64,000 nucleotides of DNA from Antedon mediterranea. Its lineage: Eukaryota; Animalia; Echinodermata. A program made the translations under genes and the position numbers. The notes below the pieces were generated by a model. That model did no database searches. It had not been told where the DNA came from and was given only the letters and a program-made list of their open reading frames with translations. Location: contig NC_092680.1 of assembly GCF_964355755.1 (NCBI RefSeq), forward strand, positions 17,369,045 through 17,433,044, given 5' to 3'. Below are positions 1-13,543 of this stretch, piece by piece (within the stretch, counting starts at the first letter, position 1; each line of letters opens with the position of its first letter).

Positions 1-878
1 AACATTTTCATCCACTGTACATGATAGTATACTAGGTTGGGTATTCTTTCCGTATTGATTGAGAATAATTATTGTTAATTGTTCTCAACTTTTAATTGGA
101 AAAGATCGTATATTGTGTAGGTAAATTTTAACAGTTTTTTGTACTGTAGATAGAAGACATTTTTTTATACAGTACTACAAACAATGCTTTTATTAGGTAG
201 AGTCAATTTGAAACTTTTTTAATGACTCATTAGTCATCAGTGTAACAGGATTTTTGTTAAAAGGAAACCTAAAAAATAATAGTGGAGACCTTTTCAAAAT
301 CCCCTAGTCTAGGCCTAGAGTCGGAAAATAGCCGAGTAAAAATCTCTGCGTCTCTGTCTACTGAACAAAAACCCAGCAGTAGTTACTGAAGTACATCAAT
401 TTAAGCAAAATAGAAGCATTTAGAACAAGGCCATATTATACATGGCAGCAGTCGCATGCTCAAATGCGAGTTAGTGTTTACCGACCAACCAACATAGTGA
501 GCTGTATAGTCGCGTTACATGCGACTAAAAAGTGCTTGATTTAATACACAATTAATAATACCACAGAATTTCTTGTGAAAAGAGCCAAATTCTGCAGGTA
601 CAGTACCGCCCACTCGTGCCACACCCATACATACCACAACAATCAACATACCAGAAGATCAAACATCTATTGACCTGGCACTACACAAAAACTACTTTCA
701 ATAGAGGATTTCCATCACGAACTAAATTAATAATTTTGATATGATGTCACAGGCATTAAATTGTTTACATTATTATTAACTTGTGTATAAACAAAGACAA
801 CTCATCAATTTAAGTTTAATGAGTAAAGATATTCAAAGAATTTAAAATTTCAATCATCAAAGAGACAGAACTTCACTC

Positions 879-1040
879 TATTTTAAAGGACATTTATTTT
901 AAAGGACATTTATTTTAAAGGACATTTATTTTAAAGGACATTTATTTTAAAGGACATTTATTTTAAAGGACATTTATTTTAAAGGACATTTATTTTAAAG
1001 GACATTTATTTTAAAGGACATTCATTTTTAAAGGACATTC
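879..1040. repeat. Minisatellite, 16-bp unit TTTTAAAGGACATTTA, about 10 copies
   Basis: Directly visible tandem array; the last copies are degenerate. Confidence 0.95.
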
Positions 1041-3464
1041 AATTTTTTTGTACATTGTAAATCAACATGGTAATTTGAATTTAAAATCGTGCAAGCAAAC
1101 TAACAAACATAAGTTAATTTTGTTTGTTTGAGTAATATGACAAATGCTTGTTTATGATTTTATCATTAGGTTTTATAAAGCTTAGGGGAGTGGTAGAGAT
1201 AAGGCATAATTGCATGCATTTTTCTTGCAAGTGTGAATAAGACTTATCATTCCCATTCTTTCCCGTACCACTAACAGCATAATCAAACTACTAGTAATAC
1301 ATTAAACCCTTGTTAACAGACAGTCCCTAGGTCAAAGTTCATAACAATCAAGCATGCATCAATACAATACAAGCTGTATAATACTAATGACCTTATTAAA
1401 ATGAAGGTTTATTCATATTATATTAAAAAACATTATCTCAAGGTTTAATATAAAGTACACATAAATATGTATCTTGGCCACAGCTTTAGTTCAAAGGGAC
1501 TTCAGAACACATCATACAATGTCTAACTTAAAAATGGGGTAATGTTTGTCACATTGGTTGCTAATGATTTGACCCAAGAAGAATTAGATAACACTATAAC
1601 ATAAACCCTTTCTACTCTCTACTGTTCTCTGGTCAAAGTTCAAATAGGCAAGATTGCTATACCATATGCTAACCATGTACAGTATTATTAAAACATGTTT
1701 GCATTATATTTATAGAACCTTCAGTCTGCTTAATATTTAGTATTAATGCGTATTCCCAAAAATAATATAGATTTACGACAACATTTAAATTTGTATAGCT
1801 TTTAACTATAATCAAATTTGTAAGAATCGTTGAAATTTTCCATCCAAATTGCATTCAATCGCAATTCCATTTGATGGTGATTTGATTTTATAATGTCATT
1901 CTGATATTTGGTACAATTCTGTTTATTTTGCACAATGTTTATTGTCATGTACTATTTGACAGAGAGTAAATGGGGATACTGTAGTAAACAGTATTGCAAA
2001 AAGTACAGACACTAGCTAGCTAACAGCTATAGTATCTTTAGTAACATTGTACCAATAGTTTAAGCTGCTATTATAAATACTGTCAAGATAAATATTCTAC
2101 CATGGGTATTGAAAAGCTTGGTTTCACTTTGTTTCTGGCACATACAAAAACTTACATGCATATTGTACTATTATGTTGTTGTTATGCATATGATTACTGG
2201 TATAGACCTAGGAGAGCGATTCACATGACTGGACACAAGGTGACTTTGAGGCTTGCGAAAGGTAAGTTAGGAAATGATTAGTCAGACATTTTACTGTACA
2301 AGCAGCCATTAGAATCAAGGATGAAGCCAAACTTGTACCTCTTTGTAATAGTTAAATTTTTTTTTTGTACACATTATACAACTTTCATTTCACATAGTCT
2401 GGCCAAAAAACGGTGAAAGTACAATGAGGTTATTGTATTTAGTACTCAGTTATATTTATAATAGGGAAGAGTATATTTATACCAGGGAAGAGTGGCATTA
2501 CAATTTCACACTTCCCTGGTTATACTGTACAGTATACAGCACATGCAAAAAGGTCTTCTGTTTACTAAATAAACAGTAAATTTCATAATACAAACAGCTA
2601 CTTACATAATACAAACAGTATCAATATGACATATTTTTATTCAATCTTTTGGCAATTTTGTGAGGCTATGTCGTCATAGCCAATCATTTTAGCATAACCA
2701 TCATATTCTATCATAGTACAGTTGAATAAGTCAAATATTAAATTCAACAAAATAATTAATTTGATTGCTAAACAAAACAAACGATAATTGGTAAATTTCA
2801 TGGTTGACTACACAAATGACAGAGCTTGCTCCGCTTGTAATTATTATGCTACCCTGGAGAGGCTGCATGATGCATTGAGACAACAATAGCTTGAGAGGAG
2901 AATGCTAAATCCAACTACTTAATATTCATGAGTGAATATACAGGTAGATAATTTGTACAGTAGTCTGCCCAACGACAGTTATATTCTGAATCATCTTTCA
3001 GGAGAAAATTGTTTTAGTTTTAATATAATTTTGTATTCGGCTATGTTTAAAGTACAATAGAAAAAACAGTATGGAGTTAATATTTTATATTTTTATAAAT
3101 AATATAAAGAAACAGTATTCTTATTAGCTATGCGAACAAGGACTCATCAAAACGGCTGTCGTATCTGCTCAAAAACATTATTAGCAATAATAGTATAAGT
3201 TATAGTTAAGTGATAATACAGTAGATTACAATTTCGTATACAAGGATATTTTATATCTAATTGACTGTACGCTCGTGTTGATAATGATACGCTCAACATG
3301 TTGGCTACTCGGATGCACGGCTGCATGAATAGTGGGTGCCAATTCAAACTGGCATATTGACGGATTAACGATACTCCCTCTAAATGATAGCTGGCTTTGT
3401 TAGCTGTGATTATGTTGTTCAGAAAAACTGTACATTAATTAATATCATATAATAATTTGCTTAC

Positions 3465-5402
3465 CTGCAGTATGCTGGGTATACAAAGCCCAAGAAGCTG
3501 CTGATAAAGGCTGCGGCATAACCAAACACTAACCAAATGGCTATCAATCCTGCCACACCTACAAATAATCATCAAATACACGTTTTTGTTTTACATTTAA
3601 ATTATATAGTAGAACTCCTCCTTTCGGACATACCCATTCACTGGACACTCTCCTCAATTTAATGAGATAATATATTACGTTCAATTCAATTCAAAAGAAC
3701 ATTTATTTACTCCTTTCATATTACAAAATTGATTTCAATGTACAATATAATATTAATTTAGAAAGAAGGTACAACAAGTCCTGAAAGATGAAAAACACAT
3801 CTTGGGGAATGGGAAAAATAAATCTTAAAAATGAATTGTTTTTGTCACTATGGCCAACCCCTATTAAGGGGTCACTTTGTGAGGACCTGATGGTATCAAC
3901 TAATAGGGGCGGTTCTACTATATTAGATTTAACAAAAGCAAGAATTAACTGCATAGTTGTACCAATTATAATAATTTTTTACTGTGCAGACAAAAAATGG
4001 GATTAATATTTTCATGGCTGACTCAATATAATTATAAAAGCATGTGTTTGTACAATAGTACAACATTAATAAGAAAACCACATGATAAACTAAACTGAAA
4101 CTTCAAAATTGTCATGTCATCTTTAAAATAAAAAAATTTGGCAGCAAGTACAACAACGATCTTACCACAAAATAAAACACTATACAGTAAATAAAATTAT
4201 TATTAGTACAATACCTTTAGCAGCAAATCTAAAAGCCTTGGGATTCTCTCGAAAGTTTTCCTTTGCAATATTAATATAAGACTCCATTTTAAGAATAAAA
4301 TACTCAACAAGCTTTAAATATTTTACTGTTACTTGTATAACACCCTTAAATAAGGAACCAATTCAATGACAACTTCCATGCAATGATCAGAATAGCACGT
4401 CTACAGTGTTACGTAGCAGAACCATGGTCATTTTCAGGAAATGATGAAGGATTTCCCAAGAAGTGTGGTATTAAGAGATTTTTACAACTTGTTTGGCCCA
4501 CATGGTCTTGACCTTAAACTTAATGTTGCAATAGTTTCAATACTGGAAGCTTCTATTTGGTATAAAATTGTATATAATTTAAACTTTCTTAGTTTATTTA
4601 CCTAGTTGTAAAGTGGTAAAATAAGCATTCTCTGTTTGGAAAGTTAAATTATCTTTTAAAAAAAAAATGGAAATTTAAGCCAAAACACTATGTAAGATTA
4701 GGGGTTAATTTGCATTAACTGAATTAAAAAGAAATATTCCGCAAATTCATGAATAATGTATGTGTATGTTTCGCATAATTATATTTCTATATACAGTACA
4801 ACGTGAATGACTAACTACCGGGTCCTGAAAGTGCGTCTACTGTTGTAAAGTATGTCTCAAGATTCTTTATGGAATGATTTTTATACAAACATATTTTTGT
4901 GCAGAATAATATTGATTTTGCTATAATAGAATGTTTGCTTTTTAGGACAAGTGACCACCAAAGGGGTATGTATATAGCCTTTAAAAAAAATGATGGCTTC
5001 AAAATATTTTTCAGTGATTACTGGTGCGTGAAGCTGAAAATATGTGGGACTTGCTTATTGTTCATTAAATCATCCTACCAAGGTATAAAAAAAAAAAAAC
5101 CACCAATGCATAATAACTTATTTACAAATGTTCATCGTAGATAATGGGTTCCTTTCGCATGCATAGAATAGCGTACAGAAATAGTTGAAACTGTTTTATT
5201 TTAGCTTTTTGTTCTCACCACCACCTGAGTTGCCGCCGCCCACAGATCGCCTCAAACCCAACCCAATTTACTCACCCATCACCAAGTATGTGCGCTTTAC
5301 TTTCGTCTTTTCTTCTATCATTTTTAGAACGTCTGTGACCGCATTTTGCTCATATAATGCTTTATCGAGCTTTGCTTTCCATCCTTCAGTACTAGTTGCC
5401 AT
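3465..5402 (-). CDS. REEP5: Receptor expression-enhancing protein 5/6 (DP1/Yop1 family), first two coding exons; gene continues off the left edge
   Basis: Exon 5402-5276 reads MATSTEGWKAKLDKALYEQNAVTDVLKMIEEKTKVKRTYLVM-G with donor GTGAGT. Exon 3558-3465 (94 nt, AG/GTAAG) reads VAGLIAIWLVFGYAAAFISSFLGFVYPAYCS, matching the REEP5/6 'LVFGYGASLLCNLIGFxYPAY' segment. No further exon was recognised in 1-3464. Confidence 0.88.
4215..4287 (-). CDS. REEP5: Putative alternative first coding exon of REEP5/6
   Basis: aaaATGG start, MESYINIAKENFRENPKAFRFAAK-G, donor AG|GTATTG. It has the same phase (1) as the upstream first exon, so it splices in frame to exon 3558-3465. Confidence 0.5.
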
Positions 5403-5776
5403 TTTTGATGTTGTTAGTCTGGAATTTATAGGATTTTTTAGAAAGAGATGTTATCAAGACACAAGCAACAAATGACCGACCCGACAAAATGTAAAGACAG
5501 CTGATGAACATTTCTAAAAACGCCCTCACACGTACGTACCTCACCTGCTGCGCTCTGTTTTCTATCGAAAATTTACGTTAGTAAATAAAATGAGTAACAA
5601 GGAAATCAGTCTGGGCCGCATATATTCCATATATTTATTGATCATCGAGTCTGAGTTGGCGGCGGCAGCATGCACGAAGCACGCAGGATCGACGACGAGG
5701 AAGGGAAGGTGACGACGAAGTGTTTTTGGCCCATATCGTGTCGTGACATATCGTCACAAAAAGGAAGAAAAACACA
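5403..5776. promoter_or_regulatory. Putative bidirectional promoter REEP5/DDX49
   Basis: Divergent ATGs are separated by 374 bp that are locally CpG-rich compared with the rest of the window. Confidence 0.6.
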
Positions 5777-8700
5777 ATGGCAAGCGTCGTAGCGAAGGTG
5801 GATCGAGAAAATAGTTTTTCTACATTAAAACTAGATAAATGGCTTGTAAATCAGTGCAAGAATCTTGGTTTAAGTCGACCAACACCTATACAAAAAAACT
5901 GTATCCCACCAATTTTGCAAGGTTATCGACTTTTCACTCCCTCTATTCTAGAAGGCTAGGCTAGCTAGGCCTATCTAGCTAGCCTACACTCTAGGCCCTC
6001 TCTAGCAAATGAGGCCTAGCTAGGCCTAGGCTAATTTATATTAACCTAAACGAAATCAGTGGAGGGCGATAAGCGGCAAGCCTATCCTACAAGTGTCTAG
6101 TCTAGAGGGGTAGGCCTAGCCTAGCTAAATGATGATGAAAATCAGTCGCATCTGAAATTGGTCGCGATAAAATCAATTTTCGGTATTTTGTATGGCGTGC
6201 CGCTAGAGCTATACTTTTGATGATATCGGTCGCGTTTGAAATCGGTCGCGCTATTTTGTATGGAGCAAGATGCATGCTAGCGGGATATTCATTTTCTTCG
6301 TTTATATAGATTTAATTGATAATGATATTTTTTAGGTGATTATGTGGATATTTTTTATTTGCTTAAAATTAATTTTATCAAACATAAATTTTTTTTTATT
6401 TCACAGGTCTCGGAGAAGGACTGTGTCTTTTCAAAATGGCCATTTCAAAACAAGTTTAAATATTATCTTAGGCATATAATAATTTACTTCTATTTATAAT
6501 ATGTAATTATGCAAACAATTACGTAATAGAGAACAATTTATTTAAAAACAATAATTGTTACAGTGTACAGCCCGTAAATCCAGCGTATCCATTTTTATAC
6601 TGTAGCAGATATACTGTATCATATCCATGTTGTACTATTCGATCACCTTTTTTTTATTTTATTAATGTCCGTACTTTAAGTATATAATGATTATTGTTGA
6701 GGCAAATCACGTGTGTATTTTTATTTCTAATGTTTAAAATAATAAGTTACTGAAATAAACCTCCAAATAAGCCATATCGGAGATGCACCTTCTACAGTAT
6801 GATCGTGCAGTCGTCTCCTCTAAATCTAACAGTATGTTATTTTGCTGACAGGGATTCCCCTTTTTAAAAAAACACGCACTAGTGTGTCAAATCATGGTTA
6901 AAACACGTACCAGGTAAAGATGACGTATATTACTAATAACCTACGTTTGAAACATCTATAGGCCTTCTGCAAGTGTTTTTGTGATCAAAACGGGTCAGTG
7001 TCTCACATCCATACGCTGTTTGTAAATCTAAATGTTTAAATATCAGTGCAGATTACCTTTTTGAGAATCTTGTCTACCTTTATTATCCATCCATTATTTT
7101 TCTCACATCTATCATTGTATAGGCCCGGCAGATTGATTTATAACGGCATTTGATCTATATATTTTATTATCCTAAAACCATTCTCACGTCAGAGTGGCGT
7201 AGATCGAACGTAAAAATCATCATGCATCATCTTCAAATATACAACATTAGGCATGCCAATATACGAGACCGATTCGAAAAGTGACCGATTGAAACGCGAC
7301 AGATGTCAAATGCGACCGTAATGATCTGTAATCCTGTTCCTACTACGCTATTACAGGCCTCCCTATAGTAATACTACTAAAGTTTTTATAGTTTTATTTC
7401 ACAAACAAACATTGGTCGCATTTTTTAAATCAGTGTTCATGAAAAAATCAACTCTCAGCATTTTCTATTGGCCGGTGCTAGCTAATTCTTTTGATAGGTT
7501 GTGTTTGAAATCGGATGTAGTGTGTATTAATAAACTGATATTCATTTAGACATTCCAACCCTCAAGAGTTGGGGCGAAATTGGCATTTTATTTACAAGAG
7601 GTGCGTCGCGGACTCTAAAAATTAATCGGATGTAATTTGTATTGAATAAATAAATAATCTTTTATAAAAAACATAATTCAGACAGTAAAATGTTTAAAAC
7701 TAGAACCAAAATTTGGAGAGCTTCTGGAGATGGATGAATGTCTGTTTATTGTTTATGTTGTACCAACCAGATGTCTGGGATGGATCCAGAGAGTGTGATT
7801 CGGTCAAAAGGGATATCTGGGTATCTGGGGTGTTCCTTTAGCTTTTCCTATAAATGGATATTTTTCTATACAATTAAACTAATAGAAACTGACATTTGCT
7901 AACACCTAATTAGTTTTACAGCGTATACCATGTGTTTGTTCCTAATTTAAATTGAATTGTTTATTACTTTTCAGGACGAGATTGTATTGGATGTGCTAAA
8001 ACTGGAAGTGGAAAAACTGCTGCCTTTGTTTTACCAATTCTTCAAACACTTAGTGTAGATCCTTATGGCATATACTGCCTTGTTTTGTCTCCCACAAGGT
8101 AAGTACAGGCTTAAGATTAGGATTAAGGCCCTCCACAGCAGCCAACAGTGCAGCGCCTACCAGATTAGCACACCAGGAGACAATCCCCTACTATTTTTCA
8201 AATAGTGTACCAAGAAACCAATGGCATTACGTCCCATCTGAAGGACAAGGCAATGGAGTAAAGAATTTTTATAGCTTCAAACCCATGCCTATCACATGCT
8301 GTTTCGTTTCCCTTATTACTATTACTCTCCGGTCTATACAGCACCCGACACGGTATTCCCCGACGGTCTCCCATCCAAGAACGCAACCCCAGTGATCGCC
8401 ATACTTCATGAGTAATGTTGTAGCTCTGTTATTTTATTTTAGATATTGTAATTTTCTATGTAAATTAACATTTTGACCAAGTCCTATTTTAGATGATTTT
8501 TTAAATTTTTGTCATTTTTTTTTAGGGAGTTAGCGTACCAAGTTGCAGATCAGTTTCGAGTGTTGGGAAAACCTATTGGACTGAAAGACTGTGTAGTTGT
8601 GGGTGGAATGGGTAAGAATATTGTAATATCATTTTAATGGTTATTATGAAATAGGTTTTTATACATCGGGTTCATTTAAAAAAACTTATTGCTTGGTTGA

Positions 8701-11700
8701 GATTTTTAAAATAAAATTGTTATTTTTTGATCATTTTTTCAACAGATATGATTTCACAAGCGACAGAGCTATCTAAGCAGCCTCATGTAGTCGTGGCAAC
8801 ACCAGGCCGACTTGCTGATCATTTGAACAGTGCTTCTACGTTTTCTCTTAAGAAGATAAAATTTCTAGTAAGAAATAAATCTGAATAAAACAATTTTTTA
8901 ATATAATTCCGCATCATATTTAATATCATAGCAGTTGCGGATTCACAATAATAATAAGAACCACCAAAATACTAAATGTTTTGACAAATTTGTAATCTTT
9001 TTGTCATCAAATATGTAATTATTTTGTTATGTACGCTTTTGATTTGTAAATAGCACTTTGATTTAAAATCACATTTATTAAACATCGCTATAATAACAAC
9101 AATATTACATGGACCTTTTCATACTGAATTAGTAAAAGAGTGGTCTATTTGTGGTGGTCTATCTTTTTATTTTTTATTTCAACTCAATCTCATAGCTGCC
9201 AGGAGTGGTCAAACTGTAATCTATAGCCTTAATGGAAAGAGTTCGAGGGTCATTCACTCCATGGTTCTGGTGGTAGAATGAGTCCTATGGGATAAGAACT
9301 ATAAACCATAGGTCCAGTATACAGATCTAGCTCCTAGTACATCTTTCAAGACGAGTAGGTGGTTACCCCGGTGTACTAGCTCACACAGCCACTGTTGGTT
9401 CTTATTCATTTGTATTTAATCAAGCATGCGACTGGTCATGACATATTTGTAATGGATGTGCGTTTCAGAGCTGTGTGCAGTTTAGCAATTACCTTTTCAC
9501 TCCCTTACACATAGTAACTGTTATATTTTCTAGGTCTTGGATGAGGCAGATAGGTTATTAGAAGGAAATTTTGGACCAGATTTAGAAGTTATATTTGATG
9601 CCATAACCAAGAAAAGACAGACTTTATTGTTTAGTGCTACAATTACACAGACTTTAGAAGAACTTAGAAAGATAGCAATGAAAGAACCGTTTTTCTATGA
9701 GTGTACATCAGAAACCGAGTATGTGGTTTAGACAACATTGAATATTTATACACTATAAATGTGTCGCGCAATATTTATACACTATAAATGTGTCGCCCAA
9801 TATTTATACACTATAAATGTGTCGCGCAATATTTATACACTATAAATGTGTCACGCATGTAGTTGCTCACTGTGTAACAAAAATGAATTTGCAAAACAAA
9901 ATTGCAGTATTTGTATATATGTATACGACAATTGCACTCTCGATGACATAATTAAGAGTTCAATAGAATATTTATTGAACATTATCCCAAAACCCTCCAA
10001 TCAAATGACAAGAATCTACTTAGTTATTGTACTTGTATAAGTATACAAGGGTATAAATATAAATTGTATAAATAATGTTGAGATATTCATGAATTGCTGG
10101 AAATCCATAATTATCATTTCATATTTATTCATTCAGAATTGCCACAGTAGATACTCTAGACCAACGTTATGTATTGATGCCAAAGCAGGTGAAAGATGCT
10201 TATTTACTGTACATTTTACAAGAGTACATGGCTGAACATGAAGATCCCTCTATTCTTATTTTTACAAGTACTTGCAAGTAAGAAAACATTGCTATTTAGT
10301 TATTATTATTTTGTTTATACCTTTTGTAAGCTCTCGCTGATAAAATATATTAGCCGGACTACGTTATAACTGATTGATATGATTGTATTTTATTAGTTAC
10401 TTGTGTGTACAATGAATCCGCATGCAGAGAGAGAGAAAGCATGGTCATATATAGGGGTATTCATTAGGGGTTGCTCATATTGATTAAACTATAGAGGGTT
10501 CACTACTATAATTAGGTGCGATCAGATATGAGATGCTATATAGTTCTACACCTTTCTAACATTACGTACATGTTGCAACTTAGTCAGCATTTATTTGCTA
10601 ATGGACAGGAAAAATAATTTGTGGTATAATCTAAACATGGAAATACAATATTAAACATGCTTGATTGTGAGGGCATGTGGCGCAGTATGTTGGACGCTGA
10701 TCGTGAGATTGTGGGTTCTAGTACAATGCTCGTCGCATTTCTTGTCCTTGGGCAAGACACTTGCGTTTGCCACTCTCCACCCAGGTGTACAAATGGGTAT
10801 CTGCTATAGGTCAAAACACAACTGCGCTGATTACTGGAGTATGTTTCAAGACGTGTTTGATCTAAAATATGACCGGGATAGTTATATGAGGCTTTATGCA
10901 TTAGGTTCTATATGAGATCGACATATTATTATTATTGCAATGGCCTGTGTGATGTAGAGGAAATGGCCAAGTAACAAAAGAAAAATGTAATACCAATTAA
11001 TATTTTTCTCTTGCTGTTTTGTACCAATTTATTCTTCGTCAGTATTTATTGAGTATTATTTAATGCATAAATAATTGTTTCAATAATTTCTGCTGCAGGA
11101 GCTGTCATGCTGTTGCCATTATGTTAAGAAAAATGCATCTACCTTGTGCTGCTTTACACTCCTTAGTGAACCAGGTAAAATTTGTGTTCAACAGATCAGA
11201 ACGTTGTATAATTTCTTAAATTTTCTCTAGCCTGAATTTTTTTAAATTAAAATTTGTTATTTATTTATACCGGGTAACCTCTTCAGTCAAAGACTGATCT
11301 CCCAGAGGGCCCAGTTATAATCAATGGCTGTGATGTACTAGTGCACCGGGGTAACTCCCTACTCATCTCGAAAGATGTACTAGGTTCTTTAAAGTGCACG
11401 TGAGCTAGATGTGTGCACGTGAGCTAGATGTGTGCATGTAAGCTAGATGTGTGCACTGGACCTATGGTTTATAGTCCTTAACCCAGAAAACTCGTTCTAC
11501 CACCAGAACCATGGAGCGAGTGAGTGTCGAACCCTTGCCGCTCCACCACTCGGTCGCCTCTACCAGATACAACTATAGAAGAATGAAGGATTTATAGTGT
11601 TTGCGATTTGTTCGAACAAAATGAGATGAATCACTAATTGTACATTGTTTTATATTATTAGATAATTGCCAACATACTTTCACATTTTTCATTTCACATT

Positions 11701-12840
11701 AGCGTACCCGGTTAAGTGCACTTGCCAGGTTCAAGTCCAATCAAGTGAACATCTTAATCGCGACAGACGTAGCAAGTCGTGGTTTGGACATTCCGTCTGT
11801 TAAACTCATCATCAACCATAACATTCCAGGCTCGCCGAAGGATTACATTCATCGTGTAGGACGTACCGCAAGGGCAGGTCGTGGTGGCATGGCAATTAGC
11901 CTTGTTACACAATTTGATGTGGAACTTGTCCAGGAAATTGAGGAAAGAATCAGTAAGTAATTTATTATTGTTTTAGTTGCCTGTCGAGTGCAGTAGAATC
12001 TTTAAGACTCGACAAAGTGTTCCCAAACAAGTAGGCTGCTATGTTGAAATATAAATTGCCCCTCATTCATTTCATGAAAAAGTGTCCTATGATAAAGTGT
12101 GTCCCCTTAATATGGGTGTCCCCTAAACATGGGTGTCCCCTAAACATGGGTGTCCCCTTTTTATTTTATTATTTATTTCATTTTTATTCAGAAACTAAAC
12201 TTGTTGAGTATCCAGTAGAAGAAAAAGAAGTGTTAAGAATCTTAAATGAAGTTGCTGTTGCAAAGCGAGAAGCTGAATTGGTAATAATTTTTCAATTGTT
12301 ATTGGCGCGGTCAACCATGCCAATGGCACAGGCAACCATGCATGTTCTATTGGGGCAGTTGACCATGTCTAATGTCAGTTTTTCATCTTGTTTGACTGCG
12401 CACCTATTTCCACGTGCCGATAAGACAACAAACAACAAACTAAATTCTTATTTTAATTATCTTTATTACAGAAACTAGAAGAAATAGATTTTGGAGAGAA
12501 AAGAAAAATAAACAAACAAAAGCAACTTATTAGAGAGGGAAAGGTAAAGATATTTTTATTACTGCATGTAAACAACTGCATTTAGACACCAGAGACTACA
12601 TTGCTAATGACCCTACTATAGTTCATGGATTTGGTTGGGCTTGATAAAGGATAGTCGGCCTAGATTTTTTCCAGTCTAAAGGGTTGAAATTTACTACTAT
12701 ATTGTGAGACATCATTAACGTGCTATTTGGATATTTTATTTAATATTTTTTAGGATCCGGAAGAGGAAGAAACAAGAAAAAGGAAAGTGTGGAAAGAAAA
12801 AAGGAAACTGAGAAAGAAAGGAGAATCAAGCAAACGTTGA
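5777..12840 (+). CDS. DDX49: DEAD-box RNA helicase DDX49 (Dbp8), 11 exons, ~458 aa
   Basis: Exons 5777-5921, 7975-8098, 8526-8611, 8746-8867, 9534-9718, 10137-10277, 11099-11174, 11703-11952, 12192-12280, 12472-12543, 12754-12840, all GT-AG and summing to 1377 nt. Motifs: Q motif [56 protein letters not shown]49-typical segments [14 protein letters not shown] and [20 protein letters not shown] at ~12904. Confidence 0.95.
6140..7322. mobile_element. Probable non-autonomous DNA transposon in DDX49 intron 1
   Basis: Repeated GGTCGC(G/A)TTTGAAATC motifs at the left and inverted GCGACC/GAGACCGATT motifs at the right (subterminal repeats). Exact ends and TSD were not resolved. Confidence 0.4.
8120..8380 (-). 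mobile_element. 5S rRNA-derived SINE (SINE3) with Deu-like core
   Basis: Minus strand CTTGGATGGGAGACCGTCGGGGAATACC..GGGTGCTGTA resembles the 5S rRNA 3' end (C box). It is followed by GTCCTTCAGATGGGACGTAA...AGTAGGGG..TCCTGGTGT, resembling the DeuSINE core. Confidence 0.65.
9195..9390 (+). mobile_element. tRNA-type SINE with Nin/Deu-like core (family A)
   Basis: GTTCGAG B-box-like motif and core GGATAAGAACTATAAACCATAGGTCCAG...GAGTAGG.GGTTACCCCGGTG. Related copies occur at 11255-11560 (-) and 38570-38780 (-). Confidence 0.65.
9741..9856. repeat. Minisatellite, 29-bp unit AATATTTATACACTATAAATGTGTCGCGC x4
   Basis: Visible tandem copies; each unit contains the inverted repeat ATTTATA-cac-TATAAAT. 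Confidence 0.95.
10670..10935 (+). mobile_element. tRNA-derived SINE with CORE/V-like domain
   Basis: TGGCGCAG A-box-like and GGTTCTAGT B-box-like motifs, GTCCTTGGGCAAGACACTT and CTCCACCCAGGTGTA.AAATGGGTA core, (ATT)n tail. Confidence 0.6.
11255..11560 (-). mobile_element. SINE family A copy with internal 19-bp tandem triplication
   Basis: Reverse complement of the 9195-9390 element; GTGCACGTGAGCTAGATGT x3 at ~11394-11456. Confidence 0.65.
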
Positions 12841-13052
12841 AAGTTGTCTTCTGATGATGACATGAAAATGTAACCTGCTGCAGTGTGCCTTAACATCCCT
12901 CACAATAAAGTATAAGGTTATCCTTTAATGAAAACATCTTTAGTAAGATTTTTATGGCATGTGTTTACTCCGGAATAGTCTGGGGAAAAATGGCAAAAGG
13001 CTTCCTACTTTCTAGGGGTTTTATGTGGTTAAGTTAACAGATAGTGTATAAT

Positions 13053-13505
13053 AGGGAGGTTTTGCAATCTTGCGAATACGATAATGTAAACGGATACGTC
13101 ACGCACATTTATTCGTTTTTCTTAAGCCAGTAAAAATCTGTTTTGCATGGCAACGAAATATTGAGCGCGCCGTCCAAAATATGACTGCGGTAAATTTGAG
13201 CGAAGCGCAGGTACGTGGTGCTTGGCTGCCTAGGCCTAGCGTAACATCAAAGCGAGTGAGGACTTTAAAAATTGACCTGGCATTTTAGTAAATTACTTTA
13301 GTAAATTACTTTCAATAAAAGTATAATTATATTATAATCATGAATCATTCCTGATTCAAATGCAAAATGTACAAAATAGATCAAAATCTATACTCGTTTT
13401 ATAGTTACGAATATGACTGGTGATATTCGTCAACACGAATACGCTTTACGAATATGAAATGGGGATCAGCTCAAAAGTTTCATAAATAGTTGTGAAACCT
13501 CCCTA
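13053..13505. mobile_element. MITE, PIF/Harbinger-like
   Basis: TIRs AGGGAGGTTTTGCAA ... TTGTGAAACCTCCCT in AAT/ATT flanks; non-coding interior. Confidence 0.6.
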
Positions 13506-13543
13506 TTGTTATAGTGCTGACATGTTGAGACATTCTCAACCTT

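Noticed and set aside
452-530. AGTCGCGTTACATGCGACTAAAAA hairpin resembling a Helentron/HINE end
   Set aside because: Too short and the other terminus was not found.
879-1040. Short regular repeats (also 9741, 53098) as possible CRISPR arrays
   Set aside because: Head-to-tail units without unique spacers in eukaryotic DNA; no cas genes.
5185-5475. 96-aa plus-strand ORF with a proline run
   Set aside because: Antisense to REEP5 exon 1, non-ATG start, no homology signal.
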